Source: Octopus sinensis (taxonomy: Eukaryota). Taken from it: a stretch of 64,000 bases of DNA. Where the stretch lies: NCBI RefSeq assembly GCF_006345805.1, contig NC_042997.1:434001-498000 (forward strand), given 5' to 3'. The translations under genes and the position numbers were made by a program. Positions 1 through 11,904 of the stretch are shown here, in pieces. Under the pieces are notes generated by a model, which did not search any database, was not told the DNA's origin, and saw nothing but the letters and a program-made list of their open reading frames with translations. Position 1 is the stretch's first letter. Each line of letters starts with the position of its first letter.

Positions 1-229
1 CCATCCTGCTTTTTACAAACCACTAGCAATTTGCTCTATTTTAAGGAATGTTTCTACATCAATTAATTTATGCATACGACATTTATTATTTCCTCGTAAC
101 AAATCAGTTTTGATTTACGCGATTTCCACGAATGAACTGCGTTAATTCCCCAAGATTATATTCGTTATATTTTAAATTATGCAAATTACTACGGGTGTAA
201 ACTCTTCGCGATGCTTTAACTACATTTAA

Positions 230-585
230 AATCTTTAACCGATGGATCAAAGTAGGCTTGATTAGAATATGCTCAGCTATTGAGATTCAATAAAACAACA
301 TCCTGTTAGATGTTCTATGATTTGCTGTCAAACATCAAGTTTTCATCGTAAGCCTATAGATACATTTGTTAAAATCTCTTCCTCTTTTATTTAATAGTCT
401 CTAAAATTTACCTGTAGTATGCTTTCTTTCTTCAGGCAAAAGGGAAATTAAATTTGACTTTAATATACACCTGTATAAAGAACTCTACATACAGCCGCCA
501 TTTCCATTTATTTTCAGGGAATCTGAAATCTATTTCAATTATGCCACCCACAGGTTTAGCCTGCATCTGGTTTCATATGGCCTTG

Positions 586-682
<97 letters not shown>

Positions 683-1580
683 GGTAATAATAACGATTTC
701 TCTCATTAGTCACAAGGAATGGAATGTAGAAATGCGAAACAAAGGAAATAAGGTATTTAGCAATTTACATTGATATACAGAGTAAATTCAATAACAACAA
801 TGCGACATTATTTCTGTTGCTGCTTTGGAGATAAATTATGATAAATACATACATTATTAGAGGGGAAAAATTGATTTCAAGTTTCTGGGAGTTAAGCTGA
901 AGCGGCGGTAATATGAAATCATTACAGTAGTCTATAATTCAATGCTACTACATGCAGTTAATGTGATATAGACAATTTTCATGCAACAATTGATTAAAAA
1001 GTACTATAGATGTCACAACTAAGTTGTGAAATTAATAAGTTGCTTCGCAACCACAGGGTTTTGGAGCTGAATCATACATGGCTCTTCGAGTAAATATCTT
1101 CTGTCATGCATCAGGTTGATCAAATATATATGAGTGAATTTCGGTAGATGGAAAAATTGGAGAAGCTGTCAAAACCATCAGTTCTATTTTTATTGGTATG
1201 ACTTAATCCGTTGGTCGATTTACAACCCACACCTGTCTCAATATATCTTAAGTGGATCCTAAACTTTTGAAAGTATTTTGGATCATTTCTACGAAAACTA
1301 TTTTCCGTTTCTTTCACTTTTTTTAATCGCTGGAATGAAGCTTATTGGTGGCACTTTGCGTCCTCTAAGTCATAAACTACACACACACTTCACATAGCTC
1401 GAATGTAAAAGCATATTGGCGGAACTTGATGCTGCTTCCCTCCTCAACTTTCTCTGTCATTGACAATGCCATGATCACATGCTACGAACCATCATTCCAG
1501 GCACTGCTGTAAATAGCGGCAGTGAGCTAGAACATCAACACTTAATGCACATGCACAGCTGAGTTCACGGTCAATTTGTG
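230..1580 (+). pseudogene. Possible decayed cadherin-repeat coding fragments (block A)
   Basis: Hand translation gives FKIFNRWIKVGLIRICSAIE (~225-290) and, after a ttcttcag acceptor at 435, an open frame GKREIKFDFNIHLYKELYIQPPFPFIFRESEIYFNY. LFLIAGMKLIGGTLRPLSHKLHTLHI (~1316-1395) loosely resembles cadherin xLxVxAxDxGG...LS...VxI. Weak by-eye matches. Confidence 0.3.
587..682. repeat. (TAC)n microsatellite
   Basis: Perfect trinucleotide run seen directly; source of the poly-Y ORF. Confidence 0.98.
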
Positions 1581-1733
1581 TCAAACGGCTTTACTTGCGT
1601 GTTTAACCTTTTTACTATGGCAACAGTCAGGATACTTTTTTAACATACCACTATACAGACAAACACAGATATATGTATACACATATGCATATATGTTCTT
1701 TTGAATACAATCAATAAATTTTGGCACACGTAT

Positions 1734-1734
<1 letters not shown>

Positions 1735-1805
<71 letters not shown>
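1735..1805. repeat. (CA)n(TA)n compound microsatellite
   Basis: Seen directly; abuts the SINE 5' end. Confidence 0.97.
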
Positions 1806-1808
<3 letters not shown>

Positions 1809-2188
1809 GAGGCGCAATGGCCCAGCGGTTAGGGCAGCGGACTCGCGGTCATAGGATCGCGGTTTCGATTCCCAGACCGGGCGTTGTGAGTGTTTATTGA
1901 GCGAAAACACCTAAAGCTCCACGAGGCTCCGGCAGGGGATGGTGGTGATCCCTGCTGTACTCTTTCACCAGAACTTTCTCTCCCTCTTACTTCCTGTTTC
2001 TGTTGTACCTGTATTTCAAAGGGCCGGCCTTGTCACTCTCTGTGTCACGCTGAATATCCCCGAGAACTACGTTAAGGGTACACGTGTCTGTGGAGTGCTC
2101 AGCCACTTACACGTTAATTTCACGAGCAGGCTGTTCCTTTGATTCGGATCAACCGGAACCCTTGTCGTCGTAACCGACGGAGTGCTTC
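1806..2188 (+). mobile_element. tRNA-derived SINE, full length (~380 bp), family 1
   Basis: tRNA-like head with A box TGGCCCAGCGG and B box GGTTTCGATTCC; near-identical second copy at 30147-30532. Confidence 0.9.
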
Positions 2189-2366
2189 AGATATATATAT
2201 ATAATATGTATTATACATAATATATGTATTATATATAATATATATATATATTTTTTTTTATATATATAAATGAAAAGAAAATGGATACAAACATTTGTCA
2301 ATTCAAAAATTAAGATTTATTAACATAATATTATATCATATATTCTTATAATAATATGATATAAAT

Positions 2367-2760
2367 GGTGGCGAACTGGCAGAAATGTTAGCACGCCGGG
2401 TGAAATGCTTAGCGGTATTTCGTCTGCTTTACGTTGTGAGTTCAAATTCCGCCGAGGTCGACTTTGCCTTTCTTCCTTTCGGGGTCGATAGATTAATTAC
2501 CAGTTATGCACTGGGGTCGATGTAATCGACTTAATACCTATGTCTGTCCTTGTTTGTCCCCTCTGTGTTTAGCCCCGTGTGGGTAATAAAGAAATAGGTA
2601 TTTCGTCTGCCGTTACGTTCTGTGTTCAAATTCCACCGAGGTCGACTTTGCCTTTCATCCTTTCGAGGTCGATAAATTATGTGCCAGTTGCGAGCTGGGG
2701 TCGTTCTAAATGACTGGCCCCTCCCCGCAAATTTCGGGCTTTGTACCTTGAGTAGAAAAG
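2367..2760 (+). mobile_element. tRNA-derived SINE family 2, dimeric copy
   Basis: Head ggtggcgaactggcagaaatgttagc; central block gtcgactttgcctttc(a/t)tcctttcg(g/a)ggtcgata occurs twice, each followed by a different tail. Confidence 0.88.
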
Positions 2761-3234
2761 TATATGATATAATAAATGATAATATTAAATACAAAATGCA
2801 TACAATTGTTTCGATTCTTACCCACAATAAAATTATAAAAATCCATTGTTTGTGGGTCTGAATCTTTTCAGTGTAGTGTTTGATATATGAGGATTCATAG
2901 ATCCAAGAAAAGATTGAATTTAAATATATTTATGTTTTCAAGCGTAAGCATCGATAATTAAGAACAAAGACAAATAATAAATAAAATATGAAAAATAAAC
3001 AAAATGTATTTGTATACTATTAACTATTCTAAACTAAATATATCTTAGAACATTTGTTTTTTAAAAATACCTGGAACAATATTTAAAAATATATTTTAAA
3101 AAGAATAACAAAATAAGAAATATCCTTTTCATATTTTCATATTAAAACATACATGTTATTATAACTATATGCTATTTATCTATGGATAAATAGAAAAAAA
3201 TATATAACTAAAATACTTTTTCATCTCTAGTCAA

Positions 3235-3870
3235 ATATCAAGCAGTACTTTAAATTATATTCTCATCCCAGAAATCTTGGGTCATTTAGTCATTTCAGCA
3301 CTGGAGAAGATTGAAAGGAGTCCATTCTGTAATATGGGCACATGTTTATCTGATTTTATGTTTCCCTCACTTTCCACCAGCTCTGATCAACCATTATTTC
3401 AAATCGCTCCCCAGACAATCACAAAATAGCTGCCACGTTTCATTAATGGCTGCAATCTTTTCACATGAAATTCTTACTCACAGTGTCTCCAGACCCACAT
3501 TCAAAGACTGTCAGGAAATACTGCAAATCTGGACTCATCAGAGAATATGACAGTGTCCCAAAATGCTAGTGGCCTTTTCTGTGCTTGATGCTGGCTGGTC
3601 GAAGTGTCTTCTTTCTTGTTTCTCTGACATAGTAACCAAGTATGTTGAAATACCTGGCAGCTGTTCTGGGACTGACACCAACTTGTTCTGCTATGTCGGA
3701 GTCCTTGCAACGAGGATTATCCTCCGCACGTCACTTAAACAAAGTGAAGAGTCCTGCGATTTTACGCTGATTATGACCATCTTCCGAATAACCCACAATA
3801 CAGCCTCTTTGAAATTCAGAGTTCTAACGCTTCTTTTGTACATGACATCATTAAAACTGTCACATATAGA
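3235..3870 (-). mobile_element. Tc1-like transposase remnant
   Basis: Minus-strand peptides FWDTVIFSDESRFAVFPD (first catalytic D) and VIVWGAI; disrupted, no TIRs found. Confidence 0.75.
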
Positions 3871-4384
3871 AACTGAAACATAAAAATATGTCAATTAATA
3901 AAAAAAACATAAATCTTTACAAGTTAGTATAATCATTAAACGATGTTTTATGTGGTATCAATTTACATATGTAATATGTGTGTGTGTATGTGTGTATGTG
4001 TGTGTGTGTGCGTGTGTGTGTGAATTTGAAAATGAACGTGGAACTATGCTGCAAAGGTCTTGCAGGCTAACTGTGTCTTTCTATCTCAATCTTTGAAAAT
4101 AAGAGAAATTTGTGAAATCCGTTGTATTTAAATATGAAAAAGATCCTAAACGAATACCAGTGGATTTCCAACTTATTTTATCTACATTTGTACCCGTTTG
4201 GAAATAAATAACTTTATATTATATCTATATACTATTAGAGTTGGGAGCGATGACCTCCTTTGCGAATGCTATACGGACACAAACTCTGTGTTTTCCTGAG
4301 GCTAAAACAGCAGTAACATTGTCCTTTATAGGACTGCCACATTCTTTTGACATATAAATATTGCTATATATTATTTTATTCTTT

Positions 4385-4550
4385 TTTCTTTCATTTATTT
4401 TAGTCCTGTGACTGCAGCCATACTGAAGCACCACCATGAAGGGTTTTAGTCGAATAAATCGACCTCAAGACATACTTTTGAAGCCTACTACTTATTCTAT
4501 CGGTCTTTCCTGCCCAAGTGCTATGTTACAGGGACTTAATCACACACATT
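4385..4550 (-). mobile_element. SINE family 3, 3' part (diverged)
   Basis: Matches the tails of the copies at 56785-57010 and 60990-61190. Confidence 0.6.
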
Positions 4551-4551
4551 G

Positions 4552-4620
<69 letters not shown>

Positions 4621-4659
4621 GTCTATCCATCCATACATACATACAGACATACATACATA
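4551..4659. repeat. (TATC)n/(TACA)n microsatellite
   Basis: Seen directly. Confidence 0.97.
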
Positions 4660-4877
4660 CCAGGGGATGTTGAAAAAGTCGTGGCTTTAAAGGTATTATG
4701 AAAGGTTGAAAGTCAAAACTTCCGAGTTCTTTTACAGGCCTTAGAAAAACTGAAGGACCACTGGGATAAGTGTGTGAATCTGAGAGGGGAATATGATGAA
4801 TTAAATCATAATTAACTAATCCTCCTATATTTTCTTTTACCTGAAGCCAGGAACATTTCGACACGACCTCCTATGTA
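4660..4877 (+). mobile_element. Internally deleted mariner (MITE-like)
   Basis: Degenerate TIRs (caggggatgttgaaaaagtcgtggctt / aagccaggaacatttcgacacgacctcct) near TA; keeps the transposase C-terminus KDHWDKCVNLRGEYDE. Confidence 0.65.
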
Positions 4878-4946
4878 CTACATATATACATACATTATAT
4901 ATACACATGTGTATGCGTGGTGTACATTTATCTGAATATTTGTTTA

Positions 4947-6043
4947 CTGGGGTGGGCTGAAAATTTAACTATGAATGAGTGATGCTGTGAAATCTTGCAT
5001 GCATTAATTTCAACTCTGCTTATTGATAAGTGCATTGTTTTTTTCCAAGTTAACTGACGTGCGACTGTTCAAGGAAGACTTCAATTGTAATTAGTAGGGA
5101 CTTCTCTTCGAAGATGGATAAAATTTTGCATCGTGGTGTAATCGAGGACTCGCAGAAAAAACGGTTTAACCCCCAAGGACATGCATTCTGCCATGTATGT
5201 TACAGTAAGAGATGACGCTCCAGCTTTATCATCAGGGAATAGTGGGTAGCTAAATGTTGGACGACCTGAAACTGTACACCAGCGAGGATAAAATTGATCG
5301 TATTGACCACATGGTGGTGAATAACAGGCGGCTATATTTAAGCCAAATAGCCAATACTATTACCATTCCCCATGAGTAGGTGAGAATATTCTGTGCAATG
5401 AACTTGGCATGACAAACGTTTCTGCTCGGTGGGTACTACGTCATCTGATACCTGATCAAAGGCGCACAATACAGATCAAATCCCTAGAAAATCTGAGATT
5501 GTTTGAAGCAGATCTAGTTGGTTTCTTTAAATGTTTCCTAAGCCAGTACTGAAATGAGTATGAAAGCTATGATCGTTTCATCTGCATTGGCCCTATCTTC
5601 TAAAGGGCCACATCATCAATAGAGAGTATTATACCGACTTTCTGAGTAAGATTATTAAGATCAAACGCCCGGGAAAACTGACGAAATGGGTCTAGTTTCA
5701 CCATAACAAATTTCCAGCACACAAGTGCTTGGATCCAGTGGCTGTTGCATGTGAGTGTGGCTTTGAACTGGTTGATCATCCTCTCTAGTCTCCTAATTTG
5801 GCCCCCGTCTGACTAAACATCTTCCCCAACATGAAAAGGCACTTGGTCGGGACGCAGAGTCGCTGAGATAACGTCTTACTTGCTGTTTGTGACATTGTTG
5901 ACCAACAATCTAAAAGCTTCTTAACCAATGGGCTCTAAGCACTTCTACACCGATGTGAGAAATGTGCTGACCGCGCGGGACTCATTTAGTCACATTCCAT
6001 AAGCGTATCTTGGTCAGCCTATGAAATTTTCAGCCAACCTTAG
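4947..6043 (+). mobile_element. Decayed mariner element
   Basis: TA-flanked TIRs CTGGGGTGGGCTGAAAATTT / rc CTAAGGTTGGCTGAAAATTT. Peptides MDKILHRGVI, HMVVNNRRL and ELGMTNVSARWVLRHL (WVPHEL-like motif), with stops and frameshifts. Confidence 0.8.
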
Positions 6044-6668
6044 TAGATATTGAAATAGATATGTGGACAGTATATACCCAATGACACATTTGCTGAAACC
6101 TTATTTGACGAAAACATACTGGTCGTAGCACATATTCCAAATATATGTTCATTCAAAAACAGGGTTGTATCAAACTATATGTCAATATTTTTTGTCAAAT
6201 GATAAGAAAATATTTTTTAAATGAAATATAAATATATTTTCAGGTTATCTGGGGTGCCTGTCTTGAATATTTATATTCTGTGGTTATCACAAATATTTTC
6301 TTCAACCCAACTTTATGTGTGTATGTTATATATAATCGATTAATTTTGATTTATATATTAGCAACTTTTAAATTTTATCACTTTAAAACATTATGACACG
6401 TAATTCAAATATCAATAAATAATATCATTTTTCTTTAATATATTTTACCTATGTGCTTTACATAAGGCTAAGCATACAAAAATTTGGCAATTCTTTTTCA
6501 TCGTGAGATATTAGATTTCGACGAATATTGCCCCAAGTATCGACTGATAGGTTTTTCATCAATTTGTGCTCGACAAGGTTCACTTTCGAAGCAAATATGG
6601 TTCTGGCGAAAATTCCAAATCTGTCATGTATGTCTGTGTAATATATATTATATATTTTTATATATATA

Positions 6669-6778
6669 GGCGCAGGCGTGGCTGTGTGGTAACAAGCTTG
6701 CTTCCCAACCCCATGGTTCCAGGTTCAGTACCACTTCGTGGGACATTGGGCGGGTGTCTTCTACTATAACCTGGGGCA
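6669..6778 (+). mobile_element. SINE family 3, tRNA-like head fragment
   Basis: ggcgcaggcgtggctgtgtggtaacaagcttgcttcccaacc...ggttcagtacc; homologous to the head at 61378-61528 (minus). Confidence 0.75.
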
Positions 6779-6780
6779 GA

Positions 6781-9700
6781 CGAGATAATGCACCCTTACA
6801 GAAGAAATGCGTTCACAGGTAAAAATATTGTATGTAATATTCTTTTTTTCTATTTCTTTTTTCTTCACTGTGTTACTTGAAAGTGCAGGAGCAAGCCCCG
6901 TGAACTTTGCAGATTCTGAGATATGTTTTTAGGAAAGTGAAATGCTAATTAAATTCCATCTGTTACTGGTAATAGCTTCGTGGATTGCTGTTCGTAATGC
7001 AGTTGGATATCACGACTTAAAGTTGAGCTTACCTGATTTGGAAAAACATTCCTCTTGTGTTCGACTCCCCTTTTTAAATTCAAGCGGATCAGTGCAGAAC
7101 CCCTTTTGAACTTGCAAACAGTGGGAGTTCAGTATGTGATTTAAATTATTAGTCCCTATAATTTCTATTCGTTGTTGGCATCGAACGGCAAGAATAAAGT
7201 GGATGACATATTAAGTCTGTGACTGAACATTAATGATTTAATTACATTATTGTTTTTGTGGATAAAAAATTTAATGACTCATATTTCAATTGCTATTGAA
7301 ATGTGATTAATCTGCTGCCTTGGCTTTAGAGTAATTTCCAAATGACTATGAAAATTTTCATTGCTATTTGTGAGAGTCCTATGATAAACGAGTCTTATAT
7401 AATTGTTTAATACTTGAACTGTCCTTTTGAAATTTCCACTATGTTTACATTCAATGTAGAATGCGTCAAGCTGAAATACTAAAGTGGTAAATATATCAAC
7501 TAATAAAACAAAATAAATAAAAAAAAGTAGGACATTATAAAACTTCAATCAGAAAAAAATTACTTTTCATGAGAAGCCAGAGAGTTTCATGACAAGTTTT
7601 GTTTGAAAATATGCCATTTTATGCGCTTAATTATTGTATATGAAATAACTTAAACTAAGATTTGAAACTATGCTATGACCTTATATCGCCAACACGAATG
7701 AATACGATGGTGACTAAAACAGATGATGGAAGAAACGTTTTCTGAGTGCATAGTGACAATGGTTAAAGGGTAGATTTTAGATGCCTCACAAATCAATTGA
7801 TTTTGAAATAGGAATGGCAAAAGTAACCATTTATCATGACATGACAGATGGTAAATGTATTCTTGTGCAATATCCCATGATAACCTTTAAAAGTAGATAC
7901 AACCATGAATCATCCAACCTCTTCCCACTATTTCTATTAAGTGTTTGATCATTCTCAACGGGTGTGACACCAAGTGACCATATTTTGTTCGTTCAAACGG
8001 TACATTTATCTTCTTCCATTATATTAAAACACACACACCGTCGATATCAGAAATTGTAGATTCGTCAGTCTTTAAAATTTCACTATTAAATTTACTATGC
8101 TTTTCTAAATTTCCTGTTCGTCCATTTTCAATACAACTATTTGGAACGTCATTGAAAATATATTTTTAATGTATATTCCCGGAAAAGTAGAATTTAATTT
8201 CATACAAAAAATATTATACAGTTAAACATAGAAATAAGTACGAGAAATAGAAAATGGATATGTAACTTCGAGGGAAAGGAATACTAACAATATATATTAA
8301 GCAAAAATATAATACTGAACTTGAAAACAACCACAACAAAAAAAGATTTGGAAAGAATTGCTACTCACAGTGATGTATGTAGACAATGACAAGTTCGATT
8401 AATGTCTGTTTCCAACTATCGAATCTAAATACTATATTTTTAAAACAGCAGCATTTCTTATGCCTGGAGTGTGACAGGCTGGTTGAAAATGCCGTGGACG
8501 AAGTTTCAATGAAAGACATTTTGACATTATACATTGTTGCAATAAGGAAATTACTTTCTTTTCGTTTCAGTTTTGTTGACGTATATGTTGTCTGGGTTTT
8601 GTTTTAGTTAGAAGTGACAAGGTACTAAAAATACTTTGCTAAAACCGTAGGACTACCTAAGTAGCCTAGGATCGGACGTGGGACACATCATCCTCATAAT
8701 TAAAGACAGAATTCCTTTTGAAATTTTAGCGACATACATTTTATATTGTTTCCTTTTTTTCCCATAAGGTTTTAGAAATGACTTTCAAAACTTCGTTTAC
8801 TCTAATTCTCCGACCGCAACTTGTATTTCATCTTAACGTGAGCAAACATACAGAATTTCTTTTACTATTAGTTAAATAAATGTTTTTGTTTGAAAAAGCT
8901 GGCATCAAATGTCATTTCTATTTAACTGTGTCTTGCTTTTGTATATTAACTCCTCTCAAAGTGCCATAGTGCAATAAACGCAACGATATCAATAAATTAG
9001 GGGCTTTGATGCTTTTGTGCTGAAAGAAACTTGGCTAAAGAAGAATATCGGAAATTTAGTACTTCTAAGTTAAGTTGTTAAGCTATAGAACTCGTAACCA
9101 CAAAACAACATTGCAAGATAAACTAAAACAAAAGAAAACAAGATAAATTGTATGTTTAGAGATAACTTTAAAAGAAATTAAGTTACATAAAGAAACAAGA
9201 ATCACCCAGATTCTGTTACAGTGGATGAAAATGGTTCTGGTGACACCTGTTATATAACTTGTGTATGTTATGATTATAATGTCTTCTGATTTTGGAACAA
9301 AACCCACCAATTTTAAGGGAAAGTGTTATTCGATTACATCAACCCCCGTCCTTTGATTGATACTTAAAGGTTTCGATTTTTAAAGGATGAAAGGCAAAGA
9401 TGATCGTAGCTGAACTGGAATTCAGAAGCCAAAGTGCCAGAACAAAATATTTCAAGTTGTTTTCATGCTTTGTAACAGTTCTATTTGCTCTCAGTTTGGA
9501 ATAAGTATACAATATTATTATTCTTTTATTTATTTCATTTCATCTTGCTTCAGCTCACGTGCTGTGGCCATCCTGGGGCACCACCATTTGCTGTTGCTAC
9601 CTAATTTTACTTCACGAATGCTTTTTAGTAATTGACATTTGGTGCATGAGAGAGTTTGATGCGGCTGCCCTCATCTGAACCTCCTGCCGCGAAGTTGGTT

Positions 9701-9900
9701 CATCTGGGACACCTGACAGGAAGAGGTCAGTATGAAAATTATATTAAAGAGGAAAATAATTTTTGACTAAAACGGCAAAATTTTGACGAACGTAAACGAC
9801 AGTCAGAAAAAAGATTTTTTGGCGATCATCCCTATTGCCCTGTAGAATGTAACTGAAAATGCTAAGTGGAATGCTATTACGTGAGTACGTGAATTACAAA
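6781..9900 (+). pseudogene. Decayed cadherin/protocadherin ectodomain (block B, several EC repeats)
   Basis: RDNAP (6781); SPVNFADSEICF*ESEMLIKFHLLLVIAS (6894-6980); IFIAICESPMINESYIIV*YLNCPFEISTMFTFNVE (7354-7461); KSIDFEIGMAKVTIYHDMTDG (7790-7852); RLVENA (8476); DVGHIILIIKDRIPFEILATYIL (8675-8743); VT*RNKNHPDSVTVDENGSGDTCYITCVCYDYN (9182-9280); LTNVNDSQKKDF...*NVTENA (9783-9863). All on + strand with internal stops; by-eye similarity to the cadherin repeat consensus. Confidence 0.6.
9310..9490 (-). mobile_element. SINE family 2, diverged copy
   Basis: Contains aaggatgaaaggcaaag and gattacatcaacccc, the reverse complement of family 2 blocks. Confidence 0.6.
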
Positions 9901-10113
9901 ACTGGTAGTACTGATCTTTATATGCTGCGGCTTTTTGATATGGTTTTAAGATCAACCACCAGTAAATACAGATTTGAATTTTATCGTTTCAACATCCATA
10001 AAACAAGCATTAATTAAGCACAAGGGGTAATATATTCGATCATACCCTCCGTCATGTAGTGAGTCTGTACCACATTGTATATGCGTGTACAGTATTATAT
10101 AGCACGCTGTAGC

Positions 10114-10320
10114 AAAGGGCTGGCTGAATCATTAGCATAAAGCACAAAATGTTAAGGAACTTTTCTTCTTGCTTTACGTTCCTAGTTCAAATTCTGTCGT
10201 GGTCTACATTGCCTGGCATCTTTTCAGTCGATAAAATAAGTACCAGTTGACTACTGGAGTCTATGTAATCAACTAGCCCCTACCCCGAAGTTTTAGGCTC
10301 TGTGCCTATAGTAGAAAAAG
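10114..10320 (+). mobile_element. SINE family 2, diverged copy
   Basis: ctggctgaatcattagc...agttcaaattc...gtcgataaaataagtaccagttg...tgtgcctatagtagaaaaag. Confidence 0.7.
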
Positions 10321-11685
10321 ATTATCAAAGAGCACACTAATAACTATATTTTCGTACATAGATGTAACTTTATTTCATGTCAATTATTTTGATATTTTAC
10401 TTTACTTTCACTCTTATATGGTGTTAAGATTAAAGAGAAATTATATTCTATTGACAAATTAATTTTTAGATTTAACGTAATTTTCTAATTTGCTAAAGTG
10501 TTGTACTCAATCAAATAGTTATTGTCGATTGTTTGTAATATAGTTGTAAATCAATCTTGATGGAAACCATGAATTTTAATATACGCAGAATTTGAATATT
10601 TTAAAATCTTACAATGAATTTTAATTTTCTTAGGTTTCGTCTCATATATTTCTATGGTTATAAATATGGAGAAATGCTTATATACTGCATTTAATATTAT
10701 TTTGGATAATTTCAATCTGTTATATTTTTGCCTAAATATCACCTGTTTGGTGTGAATATTATTAGTTGTTGCTGTTTGTTTAAATATCAATTATTTATTA
10801 AATGTCTTTGCAAAACATTAAATATTAGCAATAAATTTTCGACTTTTATATTTGCATAATTTGGAATCACTTTTTAGTTTTTAATATATCCATGAATACA
10901 GATGACCAAACATGTTTAACAATTCTAAAAGTAGTAATAAAGGTTATTTTCAAGTAATAATAAATTATTTTTATAACGATTTTGTGAATTTTTTAAAAAT
11001 CAAAAACAAAATTTGCATTATTTTTATTGCTTGTGTTTATAGGTTTCTCTTTTCGGGCGATCATATTAGAGTTTTCTACAATTTAATCAGTATTTACTCA
11101 TAGACATTTATTTTGGCTGCATTTAATATCACTTAGATTTTCATGATATAGATTTTCAATAAAATCAGCGTAGTTCTAATATTCTCAAGGTTATCAGAGA
11201 CATAATTTTCTTTTTAATATCATATAGATAAACAATACCATTCACCTATAAGTTCTACTTTATGCAACACTGACAGCAATAAAACTAGTTGATTATTAGT
11301 GTATGTTTAACTCAATTTATTTTTATTATACATACAGATGCTTGTATATCTAATTGGGGGTAATTGGAACAAGGATATTTTTCTTGATTTTATAATTATA
11401 ATCTTGTGCTGTATACATCTTTGTCTGACGCTGCTAAATGCTATTTCAACGTCATCAATATATCCGTGCCTTTAAAGAAAGCTTGAAATTAATAAAGTAA
11501 GTTAAAATAAATCTCTGTTAATTGTAGAGTAGCTGCAAGTTTTAACATAGTGTGGAATAGTTGCTAACACAAACTTATTAAGGGATACATAGATTGAGGC
11601 AGCAATAACTGAGTTTCTTGTTTAAAGACATGGGGTATTTACAATATACTCCGATGGAATAAACAATGCAAAAAGAAATAAACAA

Positions 11686-11880
11686 ATGATCATCGTCATC
11701 CTTCGACCAATCTATGGTTGCTCGGAACTCCATTGACATTTTCTTTCCAAACTACACTGACCTGCTTTGTCGTGTTCAGATCTCTAATATCCAGTCCCGA
11801 GATATAATATCTGGAAATGTCAGGTTGTCTCATCCCTGCTCCTATCTCTTCCCTCTGGAAGTGTTTTCTATGTGTCTTTT
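11686..11880 (-). mobile_element. RTE-like LINE 3' end fragment
   Basis: Minus strand reads PEGKR...ISRD and ends in a gatgacgatgat tail, as RTE 3' ends often do. Confidence 0.45.
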
Positions 11881-11904
11881 CTTGTAATAAACAAATAACA
11901 TATA

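Noticed and set aside
454-687. Poly-Y, YI, CV, LSIY, poly-I/L/M ORFs throughout the ORF track
   Set aside because: Translations of microsatellites, not genes.
1806-1885. tRNA gene (also 30147-30225 and 6669-6745)
   Set aside because: tRNA-like heads of SINEs continuing into SINE bodies; no full cloverleaf.
6942-7109. 55-aa ORF MLIKFHLLLVIASWIAVRNAVG... resembling a secreted peptide with a signal sequence
   Set aside because: Its frame continues upstream through one stop into SPVNFADSEICF*ESE, which fits the start of a cadherin repeat better. No independent support as a gene.
7028-7200. Minus-strand open frame ending at a strong donor (cag|gtaagc); similarly aag|gtaagt at 21415-21421
   Set aside because: No convincing acceptor or recognisable protein, and the 21.4-kb candidate has stops in all frames. 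An antisense or noncoding transcript cannot be excluded.
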